DNA from: an uncultured Gemmatimonadota bacterium
Lineage (GTDB): Bacteria; SM23-81
DNA length: 28,662 bases
Reading direction: 5' to 3'
Assembly: GCA_964584035.1 (NCBI GenBank)
Contig: CAZOYL010000023.1
Location: 1-28,662 of the forward strand
Below the pieces are notes generated by a model. It saw only the letters and a list, made by a program, of their open reading frames with translations. It did not search any database and was not told the origin of the DNA. Below, one piece after another: positions 9,104-18,082 of the stretch (the first letter of the stretch is position 1; every line of letters begins with the position of its first letter). Position numbers and translations under genes: made by a program.

Positions 9104-10117
9104 ATGACCTTCGCCCGCCCACATCTGCTCTATCTGCTCTGGCTGGTTCCGGCCGCCATTCTGTTCTTCCTCTGGTCGGCCCGAAGCCGCCGCCGGAATC
9201 TGGCCCGTCTTATCGGGCCGGAGCTCTCCGGTCAGCTGACAGCCTCGGTCAGCCGCCGCAGGAGAACCTGGAAGACCATCTGCATCGTCCTGGCGCTGCT
9301 GGCCGCCGTGCTGGCTCTGGCCCGACCTCAGTATGGCCGGAAGCTGCGGATGATTCAGAGAAAGGGTATCGACATCGTCATCGCCCTGGACACTTCCGAC
9401 AGCATGCTGGCCGAGGATATCAAGCCGAACCGCCTGAAACGCGCCAAACAGGAGATCTCTACGCTCATCGACCGGCTGCAGGGCGACCGGGTGGCCCTGG
9501 TGGCCTTTGCCGGAGATGCCTTCGTGCAGTGTCCCCTGACCAGCGACTATGGGGCGGCCAGGATGTTTCTGGACATCATCGACCAGAACATCGCACCGGG
9601 CACGGCCATCGGGAAAGCCATCCAGACCTGCATCGATGTTTTCCAGGAAAAGGAGCATAAGTACAAGGCCATTATTCTGATCACCGACGGCGAAGATCAT
9701 CGTTCCGATCCCCTGGAGGCGGCCAGGAGAGCAGCCCAGGAGGGCATCCGGATCTATGCCATCGGCGTGGGATCGTCCGGCGGGACGCCCATTCCGATGC
9801 GCGATGAGCGCGGTGATCTGGTGGAATACAAGAAGGACCGCCGGGGCGAGACGGTCATGTCGCGCCTGGACGAGGTCACCCTGCAGCAAATCGCCCTGGA
9901 GACCAAGGGGCGCTATTACCGGGTCACCACCGGCGAGATGGAGCTGGAAAGGATCCTCGAGGAGTTGGAGAGCATGGAGAAAAAGGAGCTGGCCTCCCGG
10001 GAGTACGATCTGAAAGAGGACCGCTATCAATACTTTCTCCTGGCGGCCGTCATCTTTCTGGCGGCCGAGGCCGCACTGGGCGAGCGGAGGAGGAAAGGAA
10101 AAGATGTCTTGGCATGA
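9104..10117 (+). CDS. batB: BatB, vWA domain membrane protein
   Basis: ALARPQYG, MIDAS DTSDSMLAEDIKPNRL.RAK, GDRVALVAFAG.A..QCPLTSDY, ITDGEDH, V.SRLDE.TL. Confidence 0.92.
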   Translation: MTFARPHLLYLLWLVPAAILFFLWSARSRRRNLARLIGPELSGQLTASVSRRRRTWKTICIVLALLAAVLALARPQYGRKLRMIQRKGIDIVIALDTSDSMLAEDIKPNRLKRAKQEISTLIDRLQGDRVALVAFAGDAFVQCPLTSDYGAARMFLDIIDQNIAPGTAIGKAIQTCIDVFQEKEHKYKAIILITDGEDHRSDPLEAARRAAQEGIRIYAIGVGSSGGTPIPMRDERGDLVEYKKDRRGETVMSRLDEVTLQQIALETKGRYYRVTTGEMELERILEELESMEKKELASREYDLKEDRYQYFLLAAVIFLAAEAALGERRRKGKDVLA

Positions 10118-10958
10118 TCATAACACCGCCTGCCGGCGGCTGGCCGCGGCCTTCATTCTGCCGATCATGATCCTGCTGCTGATTCCGGACAGCGCCCGGA
10201 GCTCGGCGGCCGGAGAGGTTCGCCGGGGGAACAAGGCTTACCTCCGGGAACGCTACGACGAGGCGCTCAAGGCATACCGGGAAGCGCAATTAGAAGAACC
10301 GGATGCGGCTTCCCTGCACTTCAACATCGGCAACGTCCACTATCGCCAGGAGAACTGGCCGGAAGCACAGAGGGAATTCGAACTCTCCCAATCCGGCGAT
10401 AACCCCACCCTGTCCGCTCGAGCCTGTTACAACATGGGCAACACACTTTTTCGCCAGGGAAACCTGCCGGAGGCGGCCGAGGCTTATAAAAGCGCTCTGA
10501 AGCTCGACTCCGGTGATATGGATGCGAAGTACAATCTGGAGCTGGTTCTGCAGTTGATGCAGGAACAGTCCCAGCAGCAACAGCAGCAAGATCAGCAACA
10601 GGATCAGCAACAGGATCAGCAGCAAGATCAGCAGCAAGATCAGCAACAGGATCAGCAGCAGGAGGAAGGGCAACAGGATCAACAACGGCAGCAGGAAGAG
10701 AACCAGCAGCAGCAGCCGGAACAGGAACAGCAGGAACAAAAGGAGCAGCAAGAACAAAAGGGCGAACAACAGCAGCCGCAGGACCAGGAAGCGGCATCGT
10801 CAGAGGAACAGGAGGTCGCCCAGCCGGAACCCGGAGAGATGTCTCCCCAGGAGGCGGCCCGCCTGCTCAATGCCATCCGGGAGCAGGAGGAAAAGGCACA
10901 GGAGGAACGCCGGGCCGCCCGTGCGCAGGAAGGCCGCCGAGGGGAGTTCGATTGGTAG
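10104..10958 (+). CDS. batC: BatC-like TPR protein with Gln-rich linker
   Basis: Signal peptide, TPRs (FNIGN..Y, YNMGN..F, AKYNLEL), long Q/E/D tract, MS.QEA.RLLNAI, terminal DW. Confidence 0.88.
   Translation: MSWHDHNTACRRLAAAFILPIMILLLIPDSARSSAAGEVRRGNKAYLRERYDEALKAYREAQLEEPDAASLHFNIGNVHYRQENWPEAQREFELSQSGDNPTLSARACYNMGNTLFRQGNLPEAAEAYKSALKLDSGDMDAKYNLELVLQLMQEQSQQQQQQDQQQDQQQDQQQDQQQDQQQDQQQEEGQQDQQRQQEENQQQQPEQEQQEQKEQQEQKGEQQQPQDQEAASSEEQEVAQPEPGEMSPQEAARLLNAIREQEEKAQEERRAARAQEGRRGEFDW
10590..10661 (+). repeat. 12-bp coding tandem repeat (GATCAGCARCAR x6, encodes DQQQ)
   Basis: Units start at 10590, 10602, 10614, 10626, 10638 and 10650. Confidence 0.9.
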
Positions 10959-11007
10959 AAATTACCGTGTCCATGTTCGCTGTTCGTGTTCGAAGAAAAA
11001 CCGGCAG

Positions 11008-11084
11008 GCAGGAAACAGAAGGCATTTGGCATTCGGCATTCGGCATTCGGCAGTTGGTGGTAAGCGGTGAACACTGAGCAGCGT
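11008..11084 (+). repeat. degenerate heptamer tandem repeat between batC and batD
   Basis: gcaggaa acagaag gcatttg gcattcg gcattcg gcattcg gcagttg gtggtaa gcggtga acactga gcagcgt. Confidence 0.8.
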
Positions 11085-11174
11085 CCCGCTGCCGCCCCGA
11101 GGCCTGGAGCTGAGATCGTGGGCTCACGAAACTCGAGCTTCAGTTCTGAACCGATCATTGGAATTCAGCGAACC

Positions 11175-13034
11175 ATGAAAAATTACCGATTTCAAATTTT
11201 CAGACTTCAATATTCACTATTCCTGGTCACTCTCACCCTCCTGTTGACCATCTCTGGTTTATCCTTTGCCCAGGAGGAGCTGACCTTCATCGCCTCGGTG
11301 GATAAGACCCGGCTGGGACTGGACGATCATCTGGTCCTGACCGTCTCCGTCTCCGGTTCCGACATCGGCGGGATTCCCGATCCGATGCTGCCCGATCTGA
11401 AGGATTTCCAACTGATCGGAACCAACCGGTCCAGCTCATCCCAGTTCACCCTGGTCAACGGGAAGATGACCTCATCCAAGACCATCGATTATCTCTACAC
11501 CCTCAGGCCGAAGAAAACCGGCCCGCTGACCATCGGATCGGCCAGTCTGGATTTCAAGGGGACATCCTACCGCACAGAGCCGGTTCAGGTCGAGGTGGTC
11601 AAGGGCTCCGTCTCAGGGTCAGGGAAAAGTTCCTCTCAAACGCAGGCGCCAAAGCCTTCGGCGCCGGCCGTTCCTGAGGAACTGACGACCGACGACCTGT
11701 TCGTGCGGGTGGCGCTCGACCGCCGTTCGGTCTCTGTCGGACAGCAGGTGACCGCCACCTATACCCTCTATAACCGGGCCAGCCTGATCAATGTGCAGTA
11801 CGGCCAGGTACCCCCCTTCACGGGATTCTGGACGGAGGAGATCTTTGACGCCGAGCGGCTTGATTTCCAGCAGCAGGTCATCGGCGGCAAGCGCTCTCAG
11901 GTGGCGGTTCTGAAAACATTGGCTCTGTTTCCCACGACCAGCGGCGATATCGCGGTGGACCCGCTGCAGCTGATCTGCGACCTGAGACAGTCCGGTCGCG
12001 ATCTGTTCGACTTCTTCGGCCGCACCCGGCGGGTGCGCATCTCCACCCAGCCGGCCACCATCACCGTGAACCCTTTGCCGGCGGAGGGCAAACCGCCGGA
12101 CTTCTCCGGAGCGGTGGGCCAATATACGCTCAAGGCCTCGGTCAACGAGACGGAGATGGCCGCCGGCGAGCCGCTGGAACTGACCGTCGAGGTTCGCGGG
12201 GAGGGCAATCTGAAAACCCTGCCTCCCCCCCGGCTGCCGGCATTGGACAGCTTCAAATCCTTCGACCCGGAGATCAGCGAATCCATAACCCGTGCCGGAG
12301 GCCGGATCGGCGGCCGGAAAACATACTCTTACGTGCTGGTTCCGAAAGAGGAAGGCCGCCACCGCATCGATCCCCTGATGATGAACTTTTTCGATCCCGT
12401 GAAGGCCCAGTATCGTCAGATCCACACGGAGCCGATCGACATCCTGGTTCTGCCGGGCCAGGAGGAAACCTATCCGCTGACCGTGGGGCTCAGCAAGGAG
12501 GAGATTCGCATTTTAGGAAAGGATATTCGCTACATCAAACCGGCCTCCGCTGATCTCAAACACCAGGGCGATCCCCTTTACGGCAGCCTTTTTTTCCAAA
12601 TCATCCAGGCCATTCCCCTGCTGGCCGTTCTGGGCGCCTACCTGACACGCCGGCGGCGAGACCGCCTCAGCTCCGACGTGCCTTATGCCCGAAGACGCCA
12701 GGCCGCAAAAACGGCCCGGAAGCATCTCCGATCGGCCGAGAAACTGATCGCGGAAACCTCCCCGGCACCCTTCTATGGCGCGCTGTCCAGAGGACTGTGC
12801 GAATATGCAGCCGGCAAACTCAACCTGACCGCCGCCGTGCTGACCAGCCAGGAGCTCCAGGGGGAACTGAGCAAGCGGCAGATTGAGCCGGAGCTTATTC
12901 AGCGTGTGACCGATTGCATGAGCGCCTGCGATCTGGCCCGCTTCGCTCCGGCCGGCAAGCAGGCGGAGGATCGCCGCAAGTTGCTGCGGGAAACGAAAGA
13001 CCTGATCTCGAAACTTGAGCGGGCAGGGCTATGA
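11175..13034 (+). CDS. batD: BatD family protein (Ig-like repeats, C-terminal TM)
   Basis: Signal peptide ending SFA-Q, FIASVDKT, SSSSQFTLVNGK, GFWTEEI, V.PLP.EGKP.DFSGAVGQY, G.GNL, DIRYIK, TM, ARFAP. Start placed at ATG 11175 rather than GTG 11067. Confidence 0.9.
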   Translation: MKNYRFQIFRLQYSLFLVTLTLLLTISGLSFAQEELTFIASVDKTRLGLDDHLVLTVSVSGSDIGGIPDPMLPDLKDFQLIGTNRSSSSQFTLVNGKMTSSKTIDYLYTLRPKKTGPLTIGSASLDFKGTSYRTEPVQVEVVKGSVSGSGKSSSQTQAPKPSAPAVPEELTTDDLFVRVALDRRSVSVGQQVTATYTLYNRASLINVQYGQVPPFTGFWTEEIFDAERLDFQQQVIGGKRSQVAVLKTLALFPTTSGDIAVDPLQLICDLRQSGRDLFDFFGRTRRVRISTQPATITVNPLPAEGKPPDFSGAVGQYTLKASVNETEMAAGEPLELTVEVRGEGNLKTLPPPRLPALDSFKSFDPEISESITRAGGRIGGRKTYSYVLVPKEEGRHRIDPLMMNFFDPVKAQYRQIHTEPIDILVLPGQEETYPLTVGLSKEEIRILGKDIRYIKPASADLKHQGDPLYGSLFFQIIQAIPLLAVLGAYLTRRRRDRLSSDVPYARRRQAAKTARKHLRSAEKLIAETSPAPFYGALSRGLCEYAAGKLNLTAAVLTSQELQGELSKRQIEPELIQRVTDCMSACDLARFAPAGKQAEDRRKLLRETKDLISKLERAGL

Positions 13035-13035
13035 T

Positions 13036-14052
13036 ATGAAACTGAGCAGAATAGAGTCCGTTACCAGAGCGATTTTCTCACCAGCGACCGATGCACCGAC
13101 GACCGCCCTGCGGACGACCGCCCTGCGAACGACCACCCTGCGGACGACGGTCCTGCGGATGACCGCCCTGCGGACGACGGTCCTGGTGATGATCGTTCTG
13201 CTGGCCGCCGGAGCGCTGCTCTGCTCCACACCCCGACCGGGCCGGGCGCAGAGTGCCGCCGTTGGCCTGTTCGAACAGGCCAACCAGGCCTACGAGGAAG
13301 GCCGCTATGAGGAAGCCGGCCGCCTCTATGAGGAGATTTTGGCCTCCGGAACGATGCACGGGGCGGTGCTGTACAACCTGGGCAATGCGTATTTCAAGAT
13401 GAACCGTCTGGGTGAGGCCATTCTGGCCTATGAACGAGCCCAGCGACTGCTCCCCAGAGACGAGGATGTGGCCGCCAACCTTCAGCTTGCTCGGGAACTG
13501 ACCGTGGACAAGATCGCCCAGGAGGATCCCCCGCTCCCGGTCCGCTGGCTCACCTACCCGGCTCGAGCTCTCAACATAAACGAGCTGACCTGGGTGAGCT
13601 TCATTCTCTATCTCCTGACCACCTCTCTGGTGGTGATCGGCATCTGGACCCGTCCGGTACGATGGCGGAAAAAAGTCCTTGTGTCGGCCCTCATCGCCGG
13701 CGTATTATTGGTGGTGGCGGGGAGCTCGCTGGCGGGGAAGATCTACCGGCAAACCTCGGCGGACAAAGCCGTCATTCTGGCTACCGCCGTGGACGCACGC
13801 AGCGGCCCCGGCGATGACTACACCAGGATCTTCACCGCTCACGAAGGCACCGCCGTGCGGGTCCGGCAACGGCGGGAAGGATGGTATCTGATCGCGCTGC
13901 CCAACGGGCTGGGTGGCTGGATACCTGATGAAACAGCTGAATTCATTTCGTGGCAGGAACCTTTCATGAAGGGAGGCAAAGATGCTGAGGTTCCATTTGG
14001 TATTGGCCCTGGCCCTGACGGTCCTGGTCGCGATGACCGTTCTGGGCTGTAA
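13036..14052 (+). CDS. batE: BatE-like TPR + TM + SH3b protein
   Basis: FEQANQAY, YNLGNAYFK....GEAILAYERA..L.P.DED...NL, TM helices, SH3-like ARSGPG...HEGT.V...W..I.L.NG..GWI. Start placed at ATG 13036. The C-terminus overlaps the next gene. Confidence 0.88.
   Translation: MKLSRIESVTRAIFSPATDAPTTALRTTALRTTTLRTTVLRMTALRTTVLVMIVLLAAGALLCSTPRPGRAQSAAVGLFEQANQAYEEGRYEEAGRLYEEILASGTMHGAVLYNLGNAYFKMNRLGEAILAYERAQRLLPRDEDVAANLQLARELTVDKIAQEDPPLPVRWLTYPARALNINELTWVSFILYLLTTSLVVIGIWTRPVRWRKKVLVSALIAGVLLVVAGSSLAGKIYRQTSADKAVILATAVDARSGPGDDYTRIFTAHEGTAVRVRQRREGWYLIALPNGLGGWIPDETAEFISWQEPFMKGGKDAEVPFGIGPGPDGPGRDDRSGL
13102..13191 (+). repeat. 15-bp coding tandem repeat (ACCGCCCTGCGGACG-like x6; TALRT/TVLRM)
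   Basis: Units at 13102, 13117, 13132, 13147, 13162 and 13177. Confidence 0.9.
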
Positions 14053-14608
14053 GAGCGAAAAGGGCGAGATGGAAGAAGCCGTCAAAGGCTCGACCACCCA
14101 GGAAGAACCGGTCTCATTGGGCGGCAAGGAGGTGGCTGTCATCCAGACCAATCTGGGTACCATCATGTTCGAATTTTTCCCCGAGGACGCCCCCAACCAC
14201 GTGGCCAATTTCAAAAAGCTGGCCAATGAGGGGTTTTATAACGGCATTTGCTTTCACCGCGTGATCCCCGGTTTCATGATCCAAGCCGGCGACCCCAACA
14301 CCAAGGATGACGACCGCTCCAACGACGGACTGGGCGGCCCGGGATATACCATTGACGCCGAATTCAACGACCGGCCGCACAAGCGGGGCACCGTCTCGAT
14401 GGCCCGCAAGCCGGATCCCAACAGCGCCGGCAGCCAGTTCTTCATCTGTCACCAGGCGCAGCCGGGCCTGGACGGGCAGTACACCGTCTTCGGCCAGGTG
14501 GTCCATGGTCTGGATGTGGTCGACAAGATCGCCTCGGTCGAGCGCGACAGCCGGGACAATCCGCTGGAACCGGTCGTCATGGAGAAGGTCACCATCGAGA
14601 CCCGGTAA
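13982..14608 (+). CDS. cyclophilin-type peptidyl-prolyl cis-trans isomerase, probable lipoprotein
   Basis: APNHVANF, GFYNGICFHRVIPGFMIQAGDP, GTVSMAR, SAGSQFFI, LDGQYTVFGQV. Hydrophobic leader with lipobox VLGC. RBS GGAGG. Confidence 0.95.
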   Translation: MLRFHLVLALALTVLVAMTVLGCKSEKGEMEEAVKGSTTQEEPVSLGGKEVAVIQTNLGTIMFEFFPEDAPNHVANFKKLANEGFYNGICFHRVIPGFMIQAGDPNTKDDDRSNDGLGGPGYTIDAEFNDRPHKRGTVSMARKPDPNSAGSQFFICHQAQPGLDGQYTVFGQVVHGLDVVDKIASVERDSRDNPLEPVVMEKVTIETR

Positions 14609-14631
14609 GAGCACGATAACAACTTTCCTAT

Positions 14632-14667
14632 AGGGGCTGCGTATACATTCGACACGCAGCCCCTTTT
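14632..14667 (+). terminator. Rho-independent terminator after the cyclophilin gene
   Basis: AGGGGCTGCGT...ACGCAGCCCCT stem followed by T residues. Confidence 0.7.
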
Positions 14668-14706
14668 CGCATCCAGAGACATATTCTTCATGGTCCAACT
14701 TTTCGC

Positions 14707-14735
14707 TTGACAGGTTCTTACATCAAGACTATAAT
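14707..14735 (+). promoter_or_regulatory. consensus sigma70 promoter
   Basis: TTGACA (14707-14712), 17 nt, TATAAT (14730-14735), about 40 nt before the ATG at 14775. Confidence 0.85.
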
Positions 14736-14774
14736 GGGGCGAAGCGAACCATTCACTTTTCTAAGGAGGGACCG

Positions 14775-15155
14775 ATGTCGTTCAAGACCCTGCTGGTGAT
14801 CAAGGCACTGGTCTGCCTGGTCTTCGGCATCCTGCTTCTGTTCGTTCCCGGCTCATTGCTGAACATCCTGGGAAATACGCTGGGCCCGGCCGGCGCTTTC
14901 ACGGCCAGAGAATACGCGGCGGCGATGTTCGGAACCCTGATGCTGACCTGGTTCGCCAGGAACGTGACGGCCTCCGATGCCCGGAGAGCCATCCTCCTTC
15001 ATCTTCTGGTCTATGACGCCATTGGCTTTGTCGTCACCCTGCTGGTGACCCTTTCGGGCGTGTTGAATCCGCTGGGCTGGGGCATCGTGGTCATCTATCT
15101 GTTCTTCACTCTGGGCTCCGGATACCTCCTCATCTCCAGGCCGGCGAAGGCTTAG
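14775..15155 (+). CDS. small integral membrane protein (about 4 TM), function unknown
   Basis: Four hydrophobic segments, strong AAGGAGG RBS, own promoter. Confidence 0.8.
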   Translation: MSFKTLLVIKALVCLVFGILLLFVPGSLLNILGNTLGPAGAFTAREYAAAMFGTLMLTWFARNVTASDARRAILLHLLVYDAIGFVVTLLVTLSGVLNPLGWGIVVIYLFFTLGSGYLLISRPAKA

Positions 15156-15258
15156 AGGAGTGAGGCATGACCATGGTCGGATGGCTGTGCGACGTGTTCG
15201 TGGTGTAGTCACACCGGTTTGCGATTTATCATAATGACATCAACAGGAGGAAGAAAAT

Positions 15259-15687
15259 ATGCCGGAGATCCAATGGAATGATGATCTATCGGTAGGGATA
15301 GAGCTCATCGACGAGCAGCACCGGATGCTCATCGAACGAATGAACGCTGTCTCCGCAGCTACGGAAGCCCATCATGGCGTTGAAAAGATCGCCAAGACGC
15401 TCGATTTTCTGGTGGAGTACACCGAATTTCACTTCTCCACCGAAGAGAAACACATGTCCGCACACGGTTACCCTGGACTGCCGGAACATCACACCAAGCA
15501 TGAGGAACTCAAGGACATTCTGAGAGATCTGGAGCAGGATTTCAAAGAAGAAGGTGCCACCTATACCCTGGCCGACTCCATCAATACTCTGTTGGGCAAT
15601 TGGCTGGTGAAGCATATCAAGGCAGTGGACGTACCCTTCGGCGCTTTTCTGAAAGAGAAGGGGATCGTGCTGCCGAAAGAGTCATAG
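15259..15687 (+). CDS. bacteriohemerythrin (di-iron O2-binding protein)
   Basis: W.DDLSVG..LIDEQH, HF.TEE..M, H...H, WL..HI...D; all di-iron ligands are present. Confidence 0.95.
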   Translation: MPEIQWNDDLSVGIELIDEQHRMLIERMNAVSAATEAHHGVEKIAKTLDFLVEYTEFHFSTEEKHMSAHGYPGLPEHHTKHEELKDILRDLEQDFKEEGATYTLADSINTLLGNWLVKHIKAVDVPFGAFLKEKGIVLPKES

Positions 15688-15727
15688 ACCCTGCTATGTT
15701 CCGGACGACGATATCACGATTGGCTGG

Positions 15728-15757
15728 ACCCTCCCCATAATGTGGGGAGGGTTTTTT
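15728..15757 (+). terminator. Rho-independent terminator after hemerythrin
   Basis: ACCCTCCCCA-taatg-TGGGGAGGGT followed by a T run. Confidence 0.85.
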
Positions 15758-15776
15758 ATCGTTCCACATTATTCGG

Positions 15777-15805
15777 TTGACAAAAATGGGCGTTTGTGAT
15801 ATCAT
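15777..15805 (+). promoter_or_regulatory. sigma70 promoter for the M1 peptidase gene
   Basis: TTGACA (15777-15782), 17 nt, TATCAT (15800-15805), with an extended -10 TG. Confidence 0.7.
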
Positions 15806-15897
15806 TTCTTTAAGGATGCAGACCACATTCTGGTAAAGCCCTATACCTGTCCGTCATCCATGTTGGCAACAGGCGCCTAAAAAAGGAGACAGATAAG

Positions 15898-17933
15898 ATG
15901 CACATACGTCACTGGGTGATGATCCTTTTATTATGCACCCTGCTGGTTCCTTTATCGGCCGGGGTAAAAGCGCACCAGGATATCCCCCTGCCCCAGGACC
16001 GGGACCAGCTGTGGAAGGGCAAGGCCAGGCTGGAGCCGCTTCTGCGGGAGAGCAAATCGGAGATGCCGCACTCCTACGATGTGCTCCACTACCAGATCGA
16101 CATCGATATCGATATCCCCGGCGACACGGTCCATACGGCCACCACGCTGATCGACTGCCGCAGCCAGACCGACACCCTCTCGACCGTGGACCTGCAGTTC
16201 TACCGTATGACGGTCGACAGCATCACCGTGGACGGAGACTCGGTCGATTACGTCCGCAACGACGATGAGCTGCTGGTCGACCTGAACGGAACCGTCAGCG
16301 AGGGAGACACCTTTCAGGTGGCCGTGACCTATCACGGTCGCCCGATTATGGGCCTGGCCGGAACGGGAATGTTCATCTCCACCACCTCCACCTTTACCAT
16401 GTGCGCCCCCACCGGATCCTATAAGTGGTTCCCCTGCTGGGACCATCCCTCCGACAAGGCCACCGCTGATGTGAACGTGACCGTGCCGACCGGCTATATC
16501 GTGGCCTCCAACGGAACGCTCCTGGAGATCATCTCCGGCGGCGGCGGAACGACCGAGACCTACCGGTGGAGCGAAGACCATCCCGTCTCCACCTACCGAT
16601 CTGTCTGACCGTTTACCCTTACGCCACCTTCAGCCTGTGGTATATGGACGGACCGGACACCATGGAGATTCCCATCTGGGTCCGGCCGGCCGACTCGGCC
16701 AAGGCCGTCGTGGACTTCGCCAACCTGCCGGACCAGATCGCCCACTACACCGACCTGTTCGGCCCCTACCCCTTCCTGGACGAGAAATACAGCCTAGCCT
16801 GGTTTCCCTGGGGAGGGGCCATGGAGCACCAGACCTGTGTCTCCTGGGGCTTCCCCATCACCGGGAGTCAGACCTACGAGCATGTCGTGGCCCACGAGTT
16901 GTCCCACATGTGGTGGGGCGACTGGGTGACCTACGGCGATTATTGCGATGTCTGGCTGAACGAGGGATTTGCCACCTACTGCGAGGCTTTGTGGTGGGAG
17001 CATCTGTACGGCGAGACCGGACTTTATACCTACATGGAGGACACGCAGGACTATTACATCACCTGGGAGACGAACTCCGGTAACCGTTTCCCCATCTACG
17101 ACCCTCCCCCGGAATTCATCTACTGCCCCACGACCTACGAGAAGGCCGGCAGCGTGCTGCACATGCTGCGCTTCCTGGAGGGCGATTCGGTCTTCTACGA
17201 CATCCTGGGAATGTACGGCGGAACCTATGCCTATGCCAACGCCGTCACGGCCGACTTCCAGGAGATCTGCGAGACCGTGACCGGCCAGGACCTGGATTGG
17301 TTCTTCGACCAGTGGATTTATGACCGGGGATATCCGGAATATGAACTCCTGTGGGCCTCGACCGATCAGGGCACCAAAGGGCATTTGTTGAATATCGCCG
17401 TCCGCCAGACCCAGGAGGACGCCCCCATCTTCGACATGCCGGTGGAGTTGGAGATCACCACCACGGCGGGAACCTTTCTTGACACGATCGCCCTGGATGA
17501 GACCCTGGACCTCTTCCAGTATACACTCACAGATGAGCCCACCGACGTCAATCTGGATCCGAACCACTGGATACTCTGTGATAAAACGGCCAGCCCGTTC
17601 AGCGACACCACCGCTCCTGATGTCATCGCCGACCTGGCCGTCGACCTTGAGGGCAGTGCGAAAAGCGCCTCCGGCGACATGTATCTGTCCTGGAGTCCAT
17701 CCAGCGATGATGTGGCCGTCACCCGATATGTGATCTATCGCAGCACCGCTCCCGGTACGCCGGGAGACTCTCTGGCCGGCACGGCCGACACCACCTATCT
17801 GGATCCCGGCACGGCCGGCGACGTCATGAGCAACTATTATTACACCGTCAGGGCTGTGGATTGGGTCGACAACAAGTCGGCCGCATCCAATCAGGCGGGC
17901 GAGTTCGACCGGGATGTGGGCAACGGCGAATAG
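15898..17933 (+). pseudogene. secreted M1 family zinc aminopeptidase with C-terminal FN3-like domain, split by a 1-nt frameshift near 16597 (true pseudogene or sequencing error)
   Basis: ORF 15898-16608 has the signal peptide, YDVLHY, WFPCWDHPSDKAT and VASNG. The second frame has GGAMEH, HELSHMWWG, WLNEGFATY and YEKAGSVLHMLR. Adding one T in ACCTACC^GATC restores STYLICL. Confidence 0.88.
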
Positions 17934-17958
17934 CCTCACCGGCAAGGGCAATATCAAT

Positions 17959-18000
17959 AAAAGAGGATGGCTCCTGAAGAAGAAGCGTCATCCTCTTTTT
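17959..18000 (+). terminator. Rho-independent terminator after the M1 peptidase
   Basis: AAAAGAGGATG...CATCCTCTTTTT inverted repeat with a T tail. Confidence 0.7.
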
Positions 18001-18082
18001 CATGCCGGTGACCTCAACCTGCGGCTTTTATTCCTGCCGTATGACGAAGTAAAAACGATCATACGATGATGAACTTTTCAGA

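Noticed and set aside
10941..10958. BatC ends in GEFDW, echoing the GEFD tail of the shared C-terminal domain
   Set aside because: A terminal DW is normal for BatC and none of the rest of the domain is present; probably coincidence.
13102..13191. Tandem repeats as a possible CRISPR array
   Set aside because: Contiguous 15-bp units without spacers, in frame in a gene, and no cas genes.
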